DNA from: a virus
Taxonomy: Duplodnaviria; Caudoviricetes
Strand: one strand, 5' to 3'
DNA length: 64,000 nucleotides
Virus record (IMG/VR): IMGVR_UViG_3300005937_000001
Coordinates: 23,425 to 87,424 of that record
Shown here: one piece after another, positions 1 through 8,272 of the stretch
Layout of the letters: every line of letters starts with the position of its first letter
How positions within the stretch are numbered: the stretch's first letter is position 1
The notes under the pieces: model-generated
The model's input: the letters and a program-made list of their open reading frames with translations, nothing else
The model's database searches: none
What the model was told of the DNA's origin: nothing
Made by a program: the position numbers and the translations under genes

Positions 1-738
1 CCCGCCGGCATCACGTTCGGCAAGGCTGTGAGCCAAGGCAACAGATCGAAAGGTTGCGTCCTTGGTGGCGCAAGCTTCGTCGGTATCAGCGTGCGTGACA
101 TCACGCTCGATCTGGTGTCGGTCGACCCACTTAGCACGGTCCCCAATCCACTTGACGCTTATGGCCAGTGGACCAACGTCGCGGTGCTGAGCCGCGGTCA
201 CATCTGGGTCAAGCCGCAAGGCTTGGTCGCAGCTAACGACGCTGCTTTCTACGATCCTGCCACTGGCAGGTTCGGCAACAGCGCTAGCGGTCTTGCGGCT
301 TCTGGCTGGGTGACGTTCGCACGCAATCCGTCGAACAACGAGACCTTGGTTATCAACGGCGCCACGCTCACGTTCGTGACCGGCACGCCGACCGGTGATC
401 AAGTCAAGATTGGCGACACGCTGGGTGACACCCTTGCCAACGCAGCTGCGGTGATGGACGGCAGTGCGACTGCAGGCTTTGCCGCTCTGACGTTCCGTGC
501 TGATCCTCCAGTCTATCCAGGCACGAGCAGCGGCGCCGATACGATCTTCATCCAGGCCAACGCTGTCGGCACTGCCGGCAACGCACTGGCGATCACTTCG
601 GGCCCCGCGGGTATGACCAAGTCTGGTGCCACGCTTGCGGGTGGCACGGCCGCAGCCACAGCCATCGTCGCCGCTAAGTTTCTTGACGCTGCAGTTGCAG
701 GTCAGCTGGCGCGCGTTTCGCTTGGCATCCAACAGTAA
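1..738 (+). CDS. Head decoration/cement protein (5'-truncated) with an inserted ~120-aa domain
   Basis: Frame is open from base 1 (PAGITFGKAVSQG...). Lies directly upstream of the capsid gene. G-x-S-V-R-D and G-x-I-W-V motifs resemble cement proteins that accompany DUF2184 capsids. Confidence 0.65.
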   Translation, partial: PAGITFGKAVSQGNRSKGCVLGGASFVGISVRDITLDLVSVDPLSTVPNPLDAYGQWTNVAVLSRGHIWVKPQGLVAANDAAFYDPATGRFGNSASGLAASGWVTFARNPSNNETLVINGATLTFVTGTPTGDQVKIGDTLGDTLANAAAVMDGSATAGFAALTFRADPPVYPGTSSGADTIFIQANAVGTAGNALAITSGPAGMTKSGATLAGGTAAATAIVAAKFLDAAVAGQLARVSLGIQQ

Positions 739-768
739 CCAGGGCTGATGAGATAGGAGCACACGACT

Positions 769-1719
769 ATGTCGTTCAATATGTTTGCCGCAGATGCTCA
801 GCAGCAAGCCCTTGGTTTCCTGGTGAGCCAGACCACCTACATCGAACCGCTCGTGTACAAAATTCAGTACCCAGAGCTGAATTATCGGGACCTTGTCCCG
901 ATCGATGCGAGCGCTAGCGAGTGGGCGAAGAGCGTTACTTTTTTCAGCGTTGACATGGTTGGTCGCGCTGATTGGTTCAACCATCTCGCACGCGACGTCC
1001 CGCTCGCTGACATCACTCGCGGCCGGCATGAGATCGGCATCGAGATGGCAGCCGTCGGATATCGCTACACGCTCGAAGAACTCGGGCAGGCGATGATGGT
1101 GCCGAACGTGAACTTGACGACGGATCGCGCGGCTGCGGCCAAGCGGGCGTACGAAGAGTTCGTCTACAACAAGTGTCTGTGGGGTGCGGTCGAGAAGAAC
1201 TGGCTCGGCTTGCTCAACCACTCCGCGCCGACAGTGATCAACGCCGGCGCCACGTGGGCTTTCCAGCTCGCGCAGTCACCGGTGGGCACAACGCCCATCC
1301 TCAACGACATCAACGGCGTACTAACCAACATCTGGCAGGCATCGTTGACGATCGAGACCGCTGACACGTTGTTGCTCCCGCTCAAGAGCATGGCGCAGCT
1401 CGGCATCACGCAGCTCCCGAACACGACCATGAATCTCATGGAGTGGATCAAGCGCAACAATATCTACGCACAGACTACCGGCACCCCTCTCAACATCACC
1501 GGTGTGCGTGGTCTTGACACTGCAGGCGCGAGCGGTAACGCGCGTGCGGTCGCGTATCGCAAATCACCAGACATCGTGAAGATGCACATCCCGATGCCGC
1601 ATCGCTTCCTGCCTGTGTGGCAGACAGGGCCGATGGTGTTTGACATCCCTGGCATCTTCCGCCTCGCCGGCGTCGAGATCAGGCGTCCAGGTGCCTTCCG
1701 CTATCTGGATGGCATCTAA
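769..1719 (+). CDS. Major capsid protein, DUF2184 family
   Basis: 316 aa with SD AGGAG. FLVSQTTYIE...Y-P-x-L-x-Y-R-x-L-V-P start and ...GVEIRRPGAFRYLDGI end are typical of DUF2184 (HK97-fold) capsids. Confidence 0.85.
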   Translation: MSFNMFAADAQQQALGFLVSQTTYIEPLVYKIQYPELNYRDLVPIDASASEWAKSVTFFSVDMVGRADWFNHLARDVPLADITRGRHEIGIEMAAVGYRYTLEELGQAMMVPNVNLTTDRAAAAKRAYEEFVYNKCLWGAVEKNWLGLLNHSAPTVINAGATWAFQLAQSPVGTTPILNDINGVLTNIWQASLTIETADTLLLPLKSMAQLGITQLPNTTMNLMEWIKRNNIYAQTTGTPLNITGVRGLDTAGASGNARAVAYRKSPDIVKMHIPMPHRFLPVWQTGPMVFDIPGIFRLAGVEIRRPGAFRYLDGI

Positions 1720-1732
1720 CCAAGGAGCACTC

Positions 1733-2170
1733 ATGGCTGAACAAGCACGCGAAATTAACATTATCCGCGGCCCCGATCTGCAAGCGCAGTATCACGCGCC
1801 AATGCGACCGGAGCCGTCACCTGAGCGACTGGCGGCCGATCACTCACGGGTAACGGTGACCAACACCAGCCCGAACCAGAACCACATCGTGATCGACCGC
1901 TTCAATGTTGGCCACGAACTGCGGCCTGGTGAGAAGCGTGAGTTGGTTATGCTCAACGATGAGATCGCCAACTTTCAAGAGAATCGTCGCCCTGGGCGTT
2001 ACTACCCTGAAATTCAAGCGGGGGACGAGCCCAAGCCGAAACCACCGCACCCGATCTTGATCGAAGGCGTGCCGGACATGGTCGACGACGTGCGTGCGCG
2101 GCAAGAAACGCAGCAACGAGAAACTATGCGCAGGCGCGTAGAGGAAGCGAGAACCAAGGGCCGTGGCTAG
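1733..2170 (+). CDS. Hypothetical head-associated protein
   Basis: ATG at 1733 after AAGGAG (track ORF 1640 is over-extended). Lies between capsid and connector genes. Confidence 0.6.
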   Translation: MAEQAREINIIRGPDLQAQYHAPMRPEPSPERLAADHSRVTVTNTSPNQNHIVIDRFNVGHELRPGEKRELVMLNDEIANFQENRRPGRYYPEIQAGDEPKPKPPHPILIEGVPDMVDDVRARQETQQRETMRRRVEEARTKGRG

Positions 2171-2582
2171 TAGCCAAGAGGTCATCGCTTTCCGCCTTGG
2201 CTATCCAGAGTTCAAAGCACTCTCGGACCCAGACATTGCGTCAGCATTCGATGATGCTGACGTGTGGCTCGATCCGCTCATGTGGTCAGTGCGGGACTAT
2301 CCTACAGCCCGCGCTCTGTGGGTTGCGCACAATCTCAACATCTTGGCGATCCTGCTCGCGCAACAGCAGACCATGGGCGATCTGATGGGCTTCACCAACA
2401 ATCAATTGAGGTCGATCGGTTTTGGTGAGCGACGTGTGGCCTTCGGCCAGGTACGCGGGCTCATGACCAAGCCCGCAGGGCCGGCGGCGAGCGCATCTGA
2501 TCAGACGCTCGAAGAGACCTACTATGGCAAGCTGTTCTTGATGCTGATGCGACGCAACGTTCCGGCAATCATGACTGTTTGA
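2163..2582 (+). CDS. Head-tail adaptor, DUF4054-like
   Basis: F-x-x-x-YPEF...D-x-x-I start and T-x-YG-x-x-F-x-x-L end; typical position after capsid. Confidence 0.6.
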   Translation: MASSQEVIAFRLGYPEFKALSDPDIASAFDDADVWLDPLMWSVRDYPTARALWVAHNLNILAILLAQQQTMGDLMGFTNNQLRSIGFGERRVAFGQVRGLMTKPAGPAASASDQTLEETYYGKLFLMLMRRNVPAIMTV

Positions 2583-2596
2583 GGGAAAAGTAGCTC

Positions 2597-3016
2597 ATGC
2601 CTCCAGTCCTCTGGCGCGGTTTCGAGCGTCTCGTCGACAAGATGGTCGACGCACAGTTCGGCGAGCCAGTCGAGCTGCACCCTTGGACGACAGCCACGGC
2701 CGCGACCGAGGGCGGGCCTGATCCCGCGCGTGAGGTGCTCGTTACGTGGGGTATTCTAGTGATGCCTGGCGCTGCGGCCCTCGGTGAGGGTGGCTCGGTA
2801 TCAGTCGGCATGTCCACGCGCGTGGTCGCCAACGACACCTGGCTGAGCATTCAAGAGGACCGCTTGGCCAAGGCGAGACTGGAGACCTGGAAGGAAGGCG
2901 ATCGTGTTTACTTCCCCGATCGCGATCAGTGGTTCACGGTTCTCTACCCCACGCCATCTGTGACAGCGCGTCCGCAGATTGAGCTTGCGCGTATGCAGAA
3001 GGGCACCCTAGAATAG
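2597..3016 (+). CDS. Putative head closure / head-tail joining protein
   Basis: 139 aa, beta-rich, GDRV motif; position in the neck module. Confidence 0.5.
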   Translation: MPPVLWRGFERLVDKMVDAQFGEPVELHPWTTATAATEGGPDPAREVLVTWGILVMPGAAALGEGGSVSVGMSTRVVANDTWLSIQEDRLAKARLETWKEGDRVYFPDRDQWFTVLYPTPSVTARPQIELARMQKGTLE

Positions 3017-3019
3017 GGA

Positions 3020-3493
3020 ATGGGCGAATGTTCCGTTTCCGGCTGTGACCGCAAAGCGCGTGGCCATGGTTACTGCAAAAATCACTACTATCGCTTTGTG
3101 AAACACGGTGATCCACTGCACGTGGACAATGCTTGGGGCGAGGCTCAAAAGTTCTTTGAAGCACGTGTCCTCACGTATCGGGGCAACAAATGCTTGATCT
3201 GGCCATTTGCGCGTAATGATTTCGGATACGCAATGCTGTGGCATGAAGGCCGGATGCATCGAGCTTGCCGATTGATCTGCGAGGCTATCCACGGGTCGGC
3301 GCCAAAGCTGTTCTCAGCGCATTCGTGTGGCAAGGGCAAGCTGGGTTGCGTCAACCCAAAGCATCTTCGCTGGGCGACTAAAGCGGAGAATGAAGCAGAC
3401 AAACTGAAACACGGAACGAGCAATCGAGGACGACGACGTGTCATTACTCCGGCCAGTCATCAGAACGTGCGTAGTCGCCGCACTCAGAGATAA
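3020..3493 (+). CDS. HNH homing endonuclease
   Basis: N-terminal CSVSGC...GYCKNHY zinc motif, CLIWP, and AHSCGKG..CVNPKHLRWAT..EN..D HNH core. Confidence 0.75.
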   Translation: MGECSVSGCDRKARGHGYCKNHYYRFVKHGDPLHVDNAWGEAQKFFEARVLTYRGNKCLIWPFARNDFGYAMLWHEGRMHRACRLICEAIHGSAPKLFSAHSCGKGKLGCVNPKHLRWATKAENEADKLKHGTSNRGRRRVITPASHQNVRSRRTQR

Positions 3494-4346
3494 GACTTGG
3501 GCTGAAGAGCGTGTTTATGATTCTGACCTCACGCCGTTGGCAGAAGCAATTCTTGGTCAAGCTGCAAAGCCTTACATCGTAGTTTACACTGACAGTGATG
3601 AGCGTACGCCAGAAGCCGGCGGCGAGATGTATAACGGCCGCTCCCGCTTACTGCAGATCGCAATCGAGATCGGCGTAGCATCAGCAGTGCACGACCCCGA
3701 TCAGAGCGACAACATCGTTATTAAATTTAGCTCGGCCGATGAAGGACTAGAGTGGGCTTGCGATATTATCGAGAGCCAGGCCATTGCCGCTCTCTACGGT
3801 GATCCGCATTCCGACTGGGGTGACTTGCTCAAGCGCTTTGCCCCAACCGTCAAAAAGATGCCAAGCCGCCGCGGCGGCCAGAGCGAGAAGGGCATAAAGT
3901 TTGCGGCCAGGCGCACGGTCTTTGTGGTCAACACCATTGGCGACTTCGCGCCTGGCGTGGTGCCTGTGCCAGGCAGTCCGGTGTGGGACTTTCTACGTCT
4001 ATGCAAGGCTTCTCCTGCTCTTGGCGTTGTGGACCGCGCTAGTATTGTGGAGCAGCTATTGACGACGACACCAAACGCAGATTGGCGCATCGCACAGGCC
4101 TATCTCGGGCTCGACACGCAGAGCATCAAGAATCTCAACCCTGATGGCGTGCCGCTGCCGTGGGGTAAGTACAAGGTCGAGTTGCCGATAGAAGAGCCAC
4201 CACTTGACGACAGTGATAAGCGCGATGAGCCCCCGCCGCTGAAGGACATCACGTTGCACGATGACGATCCGCGCGAGTTGCCGTCGCCGTGGGGTGTGGA
4301 GATCGAGCAGCTCGTGATTACGCGTCCGCTGCTGACCAGGAAATGA
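3438..4346 (+). CDS. Putative tail terminator/completion protein
   Basis: 302 aa; A-x-x-RVYDS and P-x-I-x-VYT motifs as in tail-terminator-like proteins; neck-module position. Confidence 0.45.
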   Translation: MSLLRPVIRTCVVAALRDKTWAEERVYDSDLTPLAEAILGQAAKPYIVVYTDSDERTPEAGGEMYNGRSRLLQIAIEIGVASAVHDPDQSDNIVIKFSSADEGLEWACDIIESQAIAALYGDPHSDWGDLLKRFAPTVKKMPSRRGGQSEKGIKFAARRTVFVVNTIGDFAPGVVPVPGSPVWDFLRLCKASPALGVVDRASIVEQLLTTTPNADWRIAQAYLGLDTQSIKNLNPDGVPLPWGKYKVELPIEEPPLDDSDKRDEPPPLKDITLHDDDPRELPSPWGVEIEQLVITRPLLTRK

Positions 4347-4984
4347 CGGCGCGAGTCAAGGTTAAAGCTGACGATATCTTGAGATGGGCGCGCTATCTCG
4401 ACGCCGTGCCAAAGAAGACGCGGCCGGCAGTTGCGCGTGCGATCAACGATTATGGTTCACGCGCGGCTGAGAGCTACTCGGAAATGCTCTCCGCGCGTAC
4501 GGGCCTGGACGCGCACGAGATACGCAATCTGATCGAGATCAAGGAAGCGACGCCGGACAATCTGATCTGGGAGATGGATGCGAGCGCGGTCGCGATGCCG
4601 CCCTCTAATTGGGAGCGTCCTTGGGAAGCGCGCAGCGACAAGACGTTCCAACAGCAAACGCTGGTGAAAATCGTCACCTCAGGTGATGACGTCACTTGCG
4701 ATATCTGTGCGGAAGCTGCGTTGAACTCTCCCTACACGATGGAAGAGATCGGCAACCTTTCGAAGCGCTGGCAGCACTGGGAACCAGCGGCAGGGGTGAC
4801 CGGTACGCGCACCAATCTCCTGCACCCGAATTGCCGTTGCGTGCTGCAGCCATGGCGAGAGACGCGACGGTTATCAGTGTCGTTCGGCGGTAAGAGTGCG
4901 CCGCCTGAGTTACTCAACGCACGCCAGTTCGGGCGCCGCGTCGCAGACGAGCTGAAAGTGGTCATAAGGGCGATCAAGCTATGA
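4343..4984 (+). CDS. Neck/tail completion protein (gpZ-like) with a CxxC...HPNCRC motif
   Basis: ATG at 4343 overlaps the previous stop (ATGA). A-x-A-R-A-I-N helix of gpZ-like proteins plus TCDIC and HPNCRC. Confidence 0.5.
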   Translation: MTARVKVKADDILRWARYLDAVPKKTRPAVARAINDYGSRAAESYSEMLSARTGLDAHEIRNLIEIKEATPDNLIWEMDASAVAMPPSNWERPWEARSDKTFQQQTLVKIVTSGDDVTCDICAEAALNSPYTMEEIGNLSKRWQHWEPAAGVTGTRTNLLHPNCRCVLQPWRETRRLSVSFGGKSAPPELLNARQFGRRVADELKVVIRAIKL

Positions 4985-5931
4985 TCTTCAACGCACACGA
5001 ACGTTTGTTGCATACCTTGGCTGAAACGCAGCGCCGAATGGCGACCGCCGATCGCATGGGCACGGTGCATGAGGTCAAGCAGGAAGGCGGCGAGCAAAAG
5101 ATCAGGGTCGAGATGGGGCTCGATCCGAACGGCAAGCCGCTGATCGGCCCTTGGATGAACACCACCGACAAGCGCGGCGCCACGCGCGAGCAGCACCAAT
5201 ACAAAAAAGGCCAGAACGTCCGCATCAGCGGCCAGGATGGCGACTACCGCCAGGCCACGGTGACGGCATGGGCCGAGGGCAAGAGCTTCCCGCAGCCCGA
5301 TAGCGCACCCGAGCACGGCTATGGCGACAGCTATCAGGCCGGCAAGCTCCACACCGGCAAATGGCTACCGGAAGACGACCAGCAGCAAGGTGGCGGTGCA
5401 GGCCCCCAGGGTGGCGGCCAGAGTGGGGGCCAGAGCGGCCAGGGAGGCCAGCAGGGCGAGAAAAACCACCGGCATGAGGTCTGGATAGCCAAGGACGACA
5501 ATAAGCCGCCAGCGCACTCGGGAAAGTCACGGATAATGCAAGGTGGGGATGGGGGTGGGCAGCAAGGGCAGCAACAAGGACAACAGGGGCAACAGCAAAA
5601 GAAGCTCGAAGAAGCGGTCATGGTTTCGACCGATGAAAAGAACGGCTTCACAGGTCGCGTAGGTAAAGACGTCAGAGTTGCTGCACATCCTGAAGGTGCA
5701 AAGACCCGCGCCGGCAAGACTTACTACTCGGCAAAGAAAGACGACAACGCGGTGATGCATACCGAGAAGCATCTCTACAACCGCGTCAAAAAGAATTTCT
5801 ATTACTTTGCTGAAGACGGCGTGCCGTACATCAACAAACCTTGGCAGATCAAAGAAGAGAAGAAGGACGATGAAGTGCCCAACGATGATCAATTGGGCAA
5901 CAAGAAGTCAAAAGGCGGCGGTGGAAAATAG
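4981..5931 (+). CDS. Baseplate spike/assembly protein V-like
   Basis: N-terminal G-T-V-x-E-V...IRV...PW...GQNV OB-fold of gpV, followed by Gly/Gln linkers. Confidence 0.7.
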   Translation: MIFNAHERLLHTLAETQRRMATADRMGTVHEVKQEGGEQKIRVEMGLDPNGKPLIGPWMNTTDKRGATREQHQYKKGQNVRISGQDGDYRQATVTAWAEGKSFPQPDSAPEHGYGDSYQAGKLHTGKWLPEDDQQQGGGAGPQGGGQSGGQSGQGGQQGEKNHRHEVWIAKDDNKPPAHSGKSRIMQGGDGGGQQGQQQGQQGQQQKKLEEAVMVSTDEKNGFTGRVGKDVRVAAHPEGAKTRAGKTYYSAKKDDNAVMHTEKHLYNRVKKNFYYFAEDGVPYINKPWQIKEEKKDDEVPNDDQLGNKKSKGGGGK

Positions 5932-5940
5932 GAGGCTGCA

Positions 5941-6180
5941 ATGGCATCGCACAACACCAGTGCACGAAATCAATACTTGGAACGTGAGGCCGGACGCAAG
6001 CCGGACCCGCTGTTCGAATACGAGGTGACTGATCCGAGCCACAAGCCCGATCTCAATGGTGAGCTGGCCGGTGGCAAAGTTTATCGCAAGGGCACCAAGG
6101 AGTTCGTACAGCTCACCAAGAGCCAGGCGATGTTTTATCTCGACAGTGGTTCGATCAAAGCTGTCGAGCCGCCGAAGTAA
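5941..6180 (+). CDS. Small baseplate-associated protein
   Basis: 79 aa, SD AGGAGG, lies between gpV and gpW; LT-x-x-QA-x-FY motif. Confidence 0.55.
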   Translation: MASHNTSARNQYLEREAGRKPDPLFEYEVTDPSHKPDLNGELAGGKVYRKGTKEFVQLTKSQAMFYLDSGSIKAVEPPK

Positions 6181-6185
6181 ACTAG

Positions 6186-7307
6186 ATGGCAAAACAAGTT
6201 CTACCTGGCGCACCGTTTCTGATTGTTGGTGCGCCAGTCTTTGGCGTACCGACACTCAGAAGTCTTGCAGCTGCTAGTCTTACTGTTGCCTCGCCGGTTT
6301 TCGGCGAACTGATCATCCAGCGTGGTTTTCTCGATCCGTTAGGCATTACGACGGCGCCGGCGGAAGCCGGCATTGCAATTCAGTACACGACTGTTCTCAA
6401 ACCGATCGACGATTCGATTGGTTCGCCAGTCATCGGGCAACCGTTACTGCGGCGATACATCCGGCCAACCGATCCGTTTGTCATTGGGTCGCCTGTACTG
6501 GGAACGCCGCGCTTCAGGATGCAGCGCATCCTAGGCTCGATCTCCACCGAGGCCGGCGCTCCTGTATTCGGCGATCCGTGGTTTTTCATCAACTACCACC
6601 TCACGCTGCCGCCCGCGGTTGGGTTGGTAGCTGGATCGGAAGACCTTGAAGCGCCCGCGCTCGGACTTCAGATCAATCTCTCCGCCTGGTCGCTGCAGGT
6701 AGGCGCGCCAGTTTTTGGCAGCCCGTACTACACGCAGCGCTTCGCCGGCGTCGGTGATCTTCGCGGCCTGCCGGCAGAGCCCAGCAAGGCGACGCCCTAC
6801 TTTCGCGAAATCAACGCGATCTGGCCGGACCTACTTAACCAGCGGGCAATCATCTCGCCCGCGCGTAATGGGGTCAACCGCGAGACTGGTCGGCTACTCC
6901 AGGGCTGGGAGCACGTCGAGCAATCGATGAAGGTGATCTTCGCGACGCCGTTCCACGAGCGCATCTTGCGTCGCTGGGTCGGCAGCTATGTGCCGTACAT
7001 CCTCGGCGAGACCTACGTAGCGCGCATTGTTACGCGGTTCTTCTGGGCGATCTCCGTTTCGATCGATCTCTGGGAGCCGAACTACCGCATCAAGCAGGTC
7101 TTCTACATGGGCGACGCGCTGAGCAAGTGGTCGCCCAAGATACTCGACGCGGTTGGCGAATATCGGCTCGGTCACGGCATCTTCCGCACCGAGGGCGTCT
7201 ATCGCCCGCGCGCTCACCTCGGCGACGCCTCTCCATATCAGCCGCGCGCGGTCGCTCTGGTCGGCAACGGCACTGAAATTTGGGACCCAGCACTAGCGCA
7301 GCCATGA
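6186..7307 (+). CDS. Baseplate wedge gpW/gp25-like with N-terminal GxPxxG repeat extension
   Basis: C-terminal G-V-x-R-x-TG...EHV-x-QS...IF-x-TP-x-x-ER-x-x-RR-x-x-GS...WEP is the gpW signature. The first ~190 aa carry GAPVFG-like repeats. Confidence 0.7.
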   Translation: MAKQVLPGAPFLIVGAPVFGVPTLRSLAAASLTVASPVFGELIIQRGFLDPLGITTAPAEAGIAIQYTTVLKPIDDSIGSPVIGQPLLRRYIRPTDPFVIGSPVLGTPRFRMQRILGSISTEAGAPVFGDPWFFINYHLTLPPAVGLVAGSEDLEAPALGLQINLSAWSLQVGAPVFGSPYYTQRFAGVGDLRGLPAEPSKATPYFREINAIWPDLLNQRAIISPARNGVNRETGRLLQGWEHVEQSMKVIFATPFHERILRRWVGSYVPYILGETYVARIVTRFFWAISVSIDLWEPNYRIKQVFYMGDALSKWSPKILDAVGEYRLGHGIFRTEGVYRPRAHLGDASPYQPRAVALVGNGTEIWDPALAQP

Positions 7308-8272
7308 GCCGACTGAGCGTTATCAATCTTGCAGAACTGAAACGGATGGTGGTGCTGGAAAGCATTAGCACCGAAAAGATTCTGTTCGACCGTATGGAGC
7401 GCTTCAAGACGCTCTGGCTCACCTACGACCCACCCAACGGCGCGCAGTACGACGTCGGCGGGCTCGAGTTCGATCCGATAAAAATAACTCAGGAAAACTC
7501 CACCTTCTTCGAGTTGTTGTTGCGTGACCGTGTTAACCAGGCAGCCCGCGCAGTGACGCTCGCCTATGCAATCGGAACCGACCTTGACGCCATCGCTAGC
7601 CGCTATCCTGGCGGCGTACCTCGTTTGCCTGACGAGCGTGATGATCGTTATCGCCGTCGCGTTTGGCTGAGCCCCAACGTTCTCTCGCCGCACGGCACCG
7701 CCGAGATGTACGTGTTCTGGGCGCTCACCGGCGATCCGACCCTGCACGATGCCAGCGCGACGACGATCGAAGGCACCGGCAAGGTGTTTGTCACGATCAT
7801 GGCTGAGAGCGGCAGCTTGGCGAACGTTGCTTGGGTGCGCGATTACGATCGTCTCACTGGTCAATTTCTCCAAACCAGATGCGAGCCGGTGTTCGATCCG
7901 GTGCCAACGCTACAGCAGATCATCGACGTGCGCCTTTACATCCTCGATGAAGCGCGCCGCGGCTTGACGGACGAGATCATCGTCTACGGTCCTCAAGTCA
8001 CGAACGTCAACTACAAGTGCCGTATCTGGTTGTTTCCGAACGTCACTGTCGATTTGGCAATTTCCGCGATCGAGCAAGCCTTCACTGAGCTGATCGAGAA
8101 GCAACGCTGGATCGGTTATGACCACTCGCGCATGGAGATCGATGCCGCGCTGGCGCAAGTCGGTGTGCACCACGCCATCATCGACGAGCCAGTCAAGGAT
8201 GTCATGGTCGGTGACCGCGGCGTGGTGAAGGTCAATTCTGTTGAGGTGAGACTGGTCGGAAGGATGGAATAA
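7304..8272 (+). CDS. Baseplate J-like protein
   Basis: ATG at 7304 (ATGA overlap). RVNQAARA..LAYA.GTDLD.IA, E.DDRYRRR and S..G....Y.FWA motifs. Confidence 0.8.
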   Translation: MSRLSVINLAELKRMVVLESISTEKILFDRMERFKTLWLTYDPPNGAQYDVGGLEFDPIKITQENSTFFELLLRDRVNQAARAVTLAYAIGTDLDAIASRYPGGVPRLPDERDDRYRRRVWLSPNVLSPHGTAEMYVFWALTGDPTLHDASATTIEGTGKVFVTIMAESGSLANVAWVRDYDRLTGQFLQTRCEPVFDPVPTLQQIIDVRLYILDEARRGLTDEIIVYGPQVTNVNYKCRIWLFPNVTVDLAISAIEQAFTELIEKQRWIGYDHSRMEIDAALAQVGVHHAIIDEPVKDVMVGDRGVVKVNSVEVRLVGRME

